The notes beneath the pieces were generated by a model that did not search any database, was not told where the DNA came from, and was given only the letters and a program-made list of their open reading frames with translations. Positions 57,803 through 63,707 of a stretch of 64,000 nucleotides of DNA are shown here, piece after piece; the first letter of the stretch is position 1, and the number at the start of each line of letters is the position of its first letter. The position numbers and the translations under genes are program-made. The stretch lies in the sequence record MW879344.1; one strand, 5' to 3'.

Positions 57803-58402
57803 ATGGAAATGAAAAAGTTGATGGAAGATATTTCTGCCATCATGGAAGGACAATTACCTGGTTATTATTATCATGGAAGTTCTGCCCCAATATCAAATTT
57901 TAGTGATGAGTTTGTTGGTAGAGGAAATGATGAATACGGTCCGGGAATATATTTTAGTTCAGTTCCAAATACTTCTATAGGTTATGCAAAAGATGGCGGT
58001 TCTAATGGAATGGTATATCAGTGCGAAATCAATTTAAGAAAAGAACTATCTAAAAAAACTAGAGTTAATAAAGCAGTACTATTAAAATTAATGCAAAATA
58101 CACCTGATGAAGATGCATATACTAACTGGAATGAAAATAAAAATGTTGCTTATAGAACAGCATTACAGGGTTATGTAGATGAAGGTAATATGTATGATGC
58201 GTTAATGGGTGTTTGGTACGATTGGTATAGAGAATATCCTGTTCAATTCGTGCGTTCACTAGTACAGTTAGGATATGATGGATACATATATACTTTTGCA
58301 AGCGGTGAACGTTTTATTATAGTATATAATCCAGCAAGTATAAAAGTTGTAAACACATTCAATCCAGAAGAAGCTATGCAGAAACTGATTGGAAGTGAAT
58401 AA
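57803..58402 (+). CDS. ADP-ribosyltransferase-like (ART-fold) protein, probably late-expressed
   Basis: YYHGS...F...YGPGIYFS..YA...VY pattern; CATAAATA late word upstream. Confidence 0.55.
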   Translation: MEMKKLMEDISAIMEGQLPGYYYHGSSAPISNFSDEFVGRGNDEYGPGIYFSSVPNTSIGYAKDGGSNGMVYQCEINLRKELSKKTRVNKAVLLKLMQNTPDEDAYTNWNENKNVAYRTALQGYVDEGNMYDALMGVWYDWYREYPVQFVRSLVQLGYDGYIYTFASGERFIIVYNPASIKVVNTFNPEEAMQKLIGSE

Positions 58403-58409
58403 TAAGATT

Positions 58410-58529
58410 TGGAATTCAACAGCAAATCATTCTAAACCCGTAGCATGTCGTAGGTTCAAGTCCTACCAGTACTTTCGAGTACTGTAGCTCAGTTGGTAGA
58501 GCAGCCACCTTAAAAAGAAATGAATTCCA
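58410..58529 (+). ncRNA. circularly permuted tRNA-like RNA 6 (canonical class I D arm)
   Basis: T-arm, then CAGTACT-TTCG-AGTACTG acceptor, then TA-GCTC-AGTTGGTA-GAGC D-arm, inside TGGAATTCA/TGAATTCCA. Confidence 0.85.
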
Positions 58530-58560
58530 GTATTAATTAAAACAACATGAGTATAAATCA

Positions 58561-59010
58561 ATGTCTGATAAGCATCAATTTAAAGTAAACATCGGTGATT
58601 GGTCACAAGATGGTCATAATCAATATGATGTTTTAGTTCTTAACAGTACTAAACCAGTAGATGAAGTACAAAAAGCATTTAAAAAAGCTGCAACTGATTT
58701 ACATTTACTAGTAAATGGTCGTTTTCTAATTGCAGATGAATTTGAAGATTGTAGTCTATCTGAAGACCATGCAGAAGTTCTTAAAAATGCAGGTGTAAAA
58801 TTTGATGATTTAGTGTATAATGATGGCGATGATGAAGAACCAAATTATATTATTGAAGGTTCAAGTGATATGACTATCCTTGTGATGCGGATCGCCCAAC
58901 TTGAATTGGACTTTGAATTTGAAATTACGAATGATGCAATTCCGAACTTTAACGGGTTCTGGACAGAAGAACAAATGCCATCAATCGGATATGGTTTGTA
59001 TAACATATAA
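58561..59010 (+). CDS. conserved phage hypothetical protein
   Basis: IGDWSQDGH motif. Confidence 0.65.
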   Translation: MSDKHQFKVNIGDWSQDGHNQYDVLVLNSTKPVDEVQKAFKKAATDLHLLVNGRFLIADEFEDCSLSEDHAEVLKNAGVKFDDLVYNDGDDEEPNYIIEGSSDMTILVMRIAQLELDFEFEITNDAIPNFNGFWTEEQMPSIGYGLYNI

Positions 59011-59019
59011 AACAAGTTT

Positions 59020-59084
59020 TGGAATCTAGCAGCACCCATAAAATGAAATCAACTGTTAATTGAAAAATTCAAAAATGGATTCCA
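59020..59084 (+). ncRNA. mini ACAGCAA-family RNA carrying only an Asn(GUU) anticodon stem-loop
   Basis: TGGAATCT-A-GCAGCAC ... TCAA-CTGTTAA-TTGA ... GGATTCCA. Confidence 0.78.
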
Positions 59085-59103
59085 GCCTATTTCGGAGTAA
59101 AAA

Positions 59104-59373
59104 ATGTATTATGCTCGATTAGAATATCCAAACAATGGATATGAGATTGAAAGAATACGTCTTAAAGCCTTAGATCGCAAAAAGTACTACCCAGTAGTTT
59201 CGATTGATATTGGTAGTTCAAGTACTCGCATATATCTTGAAGGTGATAAGAATGCATATAATAGTGTGAACTTTGAATTCTATACCAAACATGGTGATGA
59301 ATATATTCTTGAAGATATTTTCGAAGACCCTGATTTAAATCCGTACTTGGATGATGATGATGAAGAATATTAA
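59104..59373 (+). CDS. hypothetical protein
   Basis: GGAG RBS. Confidence 0.6.
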   Translation: MYYARLEYPNNGYEIERIRLKALDRKKYYPVVSIDIGSSSTRIYLEGDKNAYNSVNFEFYTKHGDEYILEDIFEDPDLNPYLDDDDEEY

Positions 59374-59393
59374 ATAAAAATACCACAAATAAA

Positions 59394-59422
59394 TGAAACG
59401 CTTCAAAAAATTGTGGTATAAT
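59394..59422 (+). promoter_or_regulatory. TGAAAC-N17-TATAAT promoter
   Basis: exact motif; TACCACAA/TTGTGGTA inverted repeat overlaps. Confidence 0.7.
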
Positions 59423-59441
59423 ATAAGTAAGTTAAACAAGA

Positions 59442-59513
59442 GGTTATGTCGTATAAAGGTTATTACGGAGAGCTGTTAACTCTTTTATCTTGGTTCGATT
59501 CCAAGCATGACCG
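59442..59513 (+). tRNA. tRNA-Asn(GUU)
   Basis: cloverleaf, CT-GTT-AA. Confidence 0.9.
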
Positions 59514-59630
59514 CAAAAAGTTAAATTCACCAGGCGTACTATGGTGGGAAAGGTATCATGATACCAATTCGAATAGAATACGTATTAAACCCTTGAACGG
59601 TTTTCTGTAAACTCAATTTAACAAATAATT

Positions 59631-59685
59631 AAGAATCTAACAGCAATCAAAACTCATTCGATTATATGAAAAAAGATAGATTCTT
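59631..59685 (+). ncRNA. mini ACAGCAA-family RNA (TCAT-TCGATTAT-ATGA)
   Basis: near-duplicate of 57390-57443; abuts tRNA-Gln. Confidence 0.75.
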
Positions 59686-59690
59686 GTTTT

Positions 59691-59763
59691 AGGAGTATGG
59701 TGTAATTGGTTAGCACACGTGACTTTGACTCACGTAGTTGAGGTTCGAGTCCTTATATTCCTG
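59691..59763 (+). tRNA. tRNA-Gln(UUG)
   Basis: cloverleaf, CT-TTG-AC. Confidence 0.9.
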
Positions 59764-59914
59764 CAAATTAAAATTTCATTCATTTCCTTGTGTGAAACAA
59801 GCTGGTATGATTCCCCTTGCTTGTAAAATTATCGAACGGGAACCGCGTTGCACCTGTACAGGTCAGATTGTAAAGATCGAGTATGTACAGTACTGAGAGC
59901 GGCAGTACAATAAA

Positions 59915-59996
59915 GCGGGATTAGCTCAGTGGTAGAGCACTTGCCTTCCAAGCAAGAGGCGAATAGGTTCCATCGGTTCGAATCCGATATTCCGCT
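59915..59996 (+). tRNA. tRNA-Gly(UCC) with 15-nt variable region
   Basis: CTTGC-CT-TCC-AA-GCAAG, U73. Confidence 0.85.
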
Positions 59997-60114
59997 CAAA
60001 CTAAACAAACAATAAGGTGATTTTTATGCTATAGAATCCTAGTACTGGTCCTCCTAAAGAATTTAATTCTGATATAAACAACTCAAAATTAAACTACTAT
60101 AGGAAGAACATACC

Positions 60115-60441
60115 ATGTTAAACAAAGAACAATATATTACTGTAAAAAATACTTGGAAAGCTGTAAAAGAACATAACATTTTTGATCATGTGATCTATAA
60201 TGTACTTCGTGGAGTCCCATCTGATACTGGTTTCGCACCAATTACAGACAGGGGTCGTTTACACGCTAACAACAATGACCCGTTCAATATGTACAATTAC
60301 GCAGTTCGTGAAATTCATTATGAATTAAACGAAAAACGGTACAATTACGAAAAGACAGTAAAGCATTATTCTGAACTATTCGGCATTGAATTTACAAAAG
60401 AACTCATCGAAGAAATTGTTTCTTTGATTAAAGTTAAATAA
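60115..60441 (+). CDS. hypothetical protein
   Basis: ORF track. Confidence 0.65.
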   Translation: MLNKEQYITVKNTWKAVKEHNIFDHVIYNVLRGVPSDTGFAPITDRGRLHANNNDPFNMYNYAVREIHYELNEKRYNYEKTVKHYSELFGIEFTKELIEEIVSLIKVK

Positions 60442-60449
60442 CAGAATTA

Positions 60450-60506
60450 AAGAATCCAGCAGCAACTAAAACTCATTCGCTTAATATGAAAAAGAAACGG
60501 ATTCTT
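60450..60506 (+). ncRNA. mini ACAGCAA-family RNA (TCAT-TCGCTTAAT-ATGA)
   Basis: AAGAATCC-A-GCAGCAA ... GGATTCTT. Confidence 0.72.
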
Positions 60507-60514
60507 GTTTTTAT

Positions 60515-60754
60515 TTGGAAAACGATATGAAACGTAACTACTTCCATTTTGTTACTTTTACTAAACCAAAGGTATCTACAGCTAAAAGTGCAGACGATGT
60601 AGCACAATTAATTGAAGATACTATCAATAAAATGCAAGAAGATGGTGAAAAATATGGAGAAATTCATATTGATATGCCAGAAGACTTAACACCAGAAGAA
60701 CAACAAATGTTCATAGAAGAAATTATGAAACGATTTGGTGGAACTGATGAGTAA
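60515..60754 (+). CDS. small hypothetical protein
   Basis: ORF track. Confidence 0.5.
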   Translation: MENDMKRNYFHFVTFTKPKVSTAKSADDVAQLIEDTINKMQEDGEKYGEIHIDMPEDLTPEEQQMFIEEIMKRFGGTDE

Positions 60755-61001
60755 TTCATTTTATGAAGATTTAAGATTTAGATATATTGAAGTGCTTGAT
60801 TGTCAAGCATATTGTAATCCTGATGAACCTACTAGCAACAAACATTTAGTATGGATGTTATTAGAACTAAGTAATCCTAATATGTCTGAAACAAAGAAAC
60901 ACAGATGGTTAGGATACATACAAGGTTGTATGGTTTCTAAAGGACTAATCAATGTTCAAGAAGAACGTGAATTAACCAGAGATGTATTTCAAGGTAAATA
61001 A
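60735..61001 (+). CDS. conserved phage hypothetical protein
   Basis: KKHRWLGYIQG motif. Confidence 0.65.
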   Translation: MVELMSNSFYEDLRFRYIEVLDCQAYCNPDEPTSNKHLVWMLLELSNPNMSETKKHRWLGYIQGCMVSKGLINVQEERELTRDVFQGK

Positions 61002-61212
61002 TATGAAAAAATATTTTGTACGCTACACTTATCCTAGTACGGAATATAGTCAAGAACTTCATGACTTTGAACGAATAGAAACAAGTGATATTATTAGTAC
61101 TGAACACGAATTTGAAGATATTTCGGATGTTCGTGAAAAATTAAGAAGTGTATTTTCATGGCGTAATATTCAAGAACATGAATTTGACGTTATAGCATTG
61201 AACGTGCTATAA
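60982..61212 (+). CDS. small hypothetical protein
   Basis: ORF track; start probably later. Confidence 0.5.
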   Translation: MYFKVNNMKKYFVRYTYPSTEYSQELHDFERIETSDIISTEHEFEDISDVREKLRSVFSWRNIQEHEFDVIALNVL

Positions 61213-61217
61213 TAAAT

Positions 61218-61289
61218 GGAGCTATCGTATATCGGTTAGTATACTCCCCTGTCACGGGAGAGAGGCGGGTTCGATTCCCGCTAGTTCCG
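61218..61289 (+). tRNA. tRNA-Asp(GUC)
   Basis: CTCCC-CT-GTC-AC-GGGAG, G73. Confidence 0.9.
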
Positions 61290-61306
61290 CAAAAATAAGG
61301 AAAAAT

Positions 61307-61570
61307 ATGAATAAGAAAGCTAAAAAACGTATTTTTAATACTGTGATAGAAACATCATCAGAACATTGTAAGTACAATTACTGGTATCATAATCTTCTTA
61401 GAAAAACAATTTTACTTATGTCTAAAGGAAAGTATCGTAAATCTGAGAAAGAGATTATACGAATACTTACTGCAAGACATGGTAAACCTAGATATAATCC
61501 TACACCAGAACAACATGATGAAATGGTTCGTTTAGAACAAAGTGTTGGTCTAATGTGTGGTGTTAAATAA
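61307..61570 (+). CDS. small basic hypothetical protein
   Basis: AAGGA RBS. Confidence 0.55.
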   Translation: MNKKAKKRIFNTVIETSSEHCKYNYWYHNLLRKTILLMSKGKYRKSEKEIIRILTARHGKPRYNPTPEQHDEMVRLEQSVGLMCGVK

Positions 61571-61576
61571 ATTGGT

Positions 61577-61968
61577 AATAAAGAGTGTAAGGGTTAGTAC
61601 TTAGTATCATATCCCCCCCTCTACTTTCATCCCCCATAAATTGGGTTCTAGTCGTAGACACAAAGAAGTACTTTATTACCCGCGATTTTCCCGAAAGGGT
61701 GACGATGTGAATAGTGCATATCCTTGTAGTATGGGACAGTACTACATTTTTATAAATAAATTGGAATAGAGAATGAGACTGCCCTCACTATTCGACGCTT
61801 TAAGTAGCTAGCAGACGTTTACTGCATGTAATAAATATGATAGTAGGTTGCAATTCATATTGTTGTGCGGTATCATGCAACCACTTTGGATAAAGGTCAA
61901 GAAACTAGATTCTCTTTATCGACGCTTTAAGTAGCTTTCTAGAGAGTACTTTCGGGTACTCATCCCAA
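61577..61968 (+). ncRNA. orphan structured RNA region (two domains, second behind TATAAATA)
   Basis: GGTAATAAAG/CTTTATTACC, AGAGAAT/ATTCTCT, GAGTACT-TTCG-GGTACTC; 18-nt direct repeat. Confidence 0.55.
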
Positions 61969-61982
61969 ATAATATAAACACT

Positions 61983-62056
61983 GTTCTCGTAGCTCATTCG
62001 GATAGAGCGTCACGCTACGAACGTGAAGGTAGTAGGTTCGATCCCTTCCGAGAACG
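61983..62056 (+). tRNA. tRNA-Arg(ACG)
   Basis: cloverleaf, CT-ACG-AA. Confidence 0.9.
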
Positions 62057-62075
62057 CACATTAAAGGTCATTAAG

Positions 62076-62297
62076 ATGAAATCACTAGTAACTATGGTAA
62101 AAGACAAAAAAGTCTATTTTAGCCATTATCAAAACAACGAGTTATGGTACAGTACTGAATGCGGATTTATGTTTCCGGTTCCGGTATCTGATACTGGTAA
62201 CGCAGAATTTAAACAAGAAGATAAAGCCACTTTCTTTATGCGTTGGATTCGCAAACATCTTGAAATGATCGAGAATGAGCGAGTTCAGTTTGAATGA
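62076..62297 (+). CDS. conserved small phage protein
   Basis: LWYSTECGFMFPVPVSDTGNAEF...FMRWIRKH. Confidence 0.7.
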   Translation: MKSLVTMVKDKKVYFSHYQNNELWYSTECGFMFPVPVSDTGNAEFKQEDKATFFMRWIRKHLEMIENERVQFE

Positions 62298-62611
62298 GAG
62301 AACCAATGTCTGATGAGAACTGGAAAGAAGTACATACTATAATTAATAATTACATAACCAACGGTGAAAATACCGTCTATGGATATGTAACGTATGATTA
62401 CTTTCCAAAGTACTGTTATATGATGGGAACTGGCTTTAGTTTTACAAATGAATACGTTCATTTTAACGGAAGCCGACGCATTATAGATCAAGTACTGTCA
62501 GAAGAATCTTTCTTTCAACAAAGTACAATCTATGATTTTTACGACCTAACACTCGAAGAAATCATAGCATTAAAAGAAATCTATAAATTTATGCTAGGGG
62601 ATTTTCCGTGA
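62294..62611 (+). CDS. TEExxFQ-motif family protein
   Basis: LSEESFFQQSTIYDFYDL. Confidence 0.6.
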   Translation: MREPMSDENWKEVHTIINNYITNGENTVYGYVTYDYFPKYCYMMGTGFSFTNEYVHFNGSRRIIDQVLSEESFFQQSTIYDFYDLTLEEIIALKEIYKFMLGDFP

Positions 62612-63030
62612 GGAAAATCCCTTTTTCGTTTCTGGAGTTTATGTTGAACAATATTAATACATTACTTAGACAATATATTAAGATTATTAAATCGTTTGAC
62701 CATCCTATAACCCGCGACGAAATTGAAATTTATGGTTTTAATAATTGTATTAGAAATTTAAGAACTACACCGTGTAATACTAGTACTGATTTGTTATTTG
62801 ATTTTGGTAGATATACACATGATAAAAAGTTTAATCATATTGGAATAATAAAAGTATCTAGTGAATTATTATGGTACATTTATTTTGGTGGAAATATAAG
62901 ATTCAAAACTGACCTTACTGAAGAAGAAATATTTCAACAAAGTACTGTTAATAACTTCTATGATTTGGAACCTGATGTTGCATCAAATATATCAGAGTTG
63001 ATTTCATTATTAGAACACTTATGGAAATAA
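62608..63030 (+). CDS. TEExxFQ-motif family protein
   Basis: LTEEEIFQQSTVNNFYDL. Confidence 0.6.
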   Translation: MRKIPFSFLEFMLNNINTLLRQYIKIIKSFDHPITRDEIEIYGFNNCIRNLRTTPCNTSTDLLFDFGRYTHDKKFNHIGIIKVSSELLWYIYFGGNIRFKTDLTEEEIFQQSTVNNFYDLEPDVASNISELISLLEHLWK

Positions 63031-63033
63031 ATT

Positions 63034-63459
63034 ATGAATGTATTTGAAACGTGTTTTTTATATGCAAGTAATGGTAACCAAAATAAAACAATTAGAAGTG
63101 TAAATGATGAAAAAATTCTATTCATGTACAAAGTCATAACCGAATATGATTCTTCAATTGAACAGAATGTGTGTATTTTAATGATTACTGTGTTTGAGGA
63201 AAGTGAAACATTAATATTTGCCTTTGGCATATCTGAACAATATCCAGATATTGGAATTTCAATTATGAAAGTACAAGGTAATAAAACCTTACATTGCAGT
63301 GATGTAAGTACTGTAGAAGATTTAGAAGCACGTTTGTTTCAATTGGAAACAGTAGTTGATGTATATGATTTAGATACTTCTTTATTGGATAAAATGAATA
63401 TTATTCGTGAAGTATTTTTAAATAAAAAAGATGAAACGGTGCTGAATAATCTGGTATAA
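63034..63459 (+). CDS. TEExxFQ-like family protein
   Basis: LEARLFQLETVVDVYDL. Confidence 0.6.
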   Translation: MNVFETCFLYASNGNQNKTIRSVNDEKILFMYKVITEYDSSIEQNVCILMITVFEESETLIFAFGISEQYPDIGISIMKVQGNKTLHCSDVSTVEDLEARLFQLETVVDVYDLDTSLLDKMNIIREVFLNKKDETVLNNLV

Positions 63460-63460
63460 T
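63432..63460 (+). promoter_or_regulatory. TGAAAC-N17-TATAAT promoter
   Basis: exact motif, precedes tRNA-Pro pair. Confidence 0.7.
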
Positions 63461-63482
63461 ATCAGTACCTTAGAAATAAATT

Positions 63483-63559
63483 CGGGGTGTAGCTCAGTTG
63501 ATTAGAGTGCATATTTTGGGGATATGAAGCCGCTGGTTTGAGTCCAGCCATCCCGACCA
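63483..63559 (+). tRNA. tRNA-Pro(UGG), copy 1
   Basis: CGGGGTG/CATCCCG, TT-TGG-GG, ACCA; D-loop GA and T-loop TTTGAGT are atypical. Confidence 0.85.
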
Positions 63560-63568
63560 ATACAAAAT

Positions 63569-63640
63569 CTCCGATTGGGTCATTGGTTGATCGCATAGTT
63601 TGGGACTATGATTAAGGGTGTTCGATTCACTCATTGGAGA
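63569..63640 (+). tRNA. tRNA-Pro(UGG), divergent copy 2
   Basis: CTCCGAT/ATTGGAG, CATAG-TT-TGG-GA-CTATG. Confidence 0.8.
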
Positions 63641-63707
63641 CTAACTGTAGGTTTTGAGTTCAAAACCTACAACATTGATAAATATTCCATAACAGGGAGA
63701 TTTATCA

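Noticed and set aside
59764-59860. HDV-like (theta) ribozyme in the tRNA-Gln trailer, suggested by CGAACGGGAA
   Set aside because: I could not build P1 and P1.1 in the required nested order; kept only as a low-confidence shared motif.
29331-60506. ACAGCAA elements as a CRISPR array, REP elements or simple terminators
   Set aside because: They are dispersed, not regularly spaced, covary rather than repeat exactly, and contain tRNA arms. Most lack a U-tract after the helix.
61792-61936. tmRNA or CRISPR reading of the 18-nt repeat (resembles the ssrA tag end TACGCTTTAGCAGCT)
   Set aside because: There is no Ala-type acceptor stem, T-arm or tag frame. Only two copies 127 nt apart, and no cas genes.
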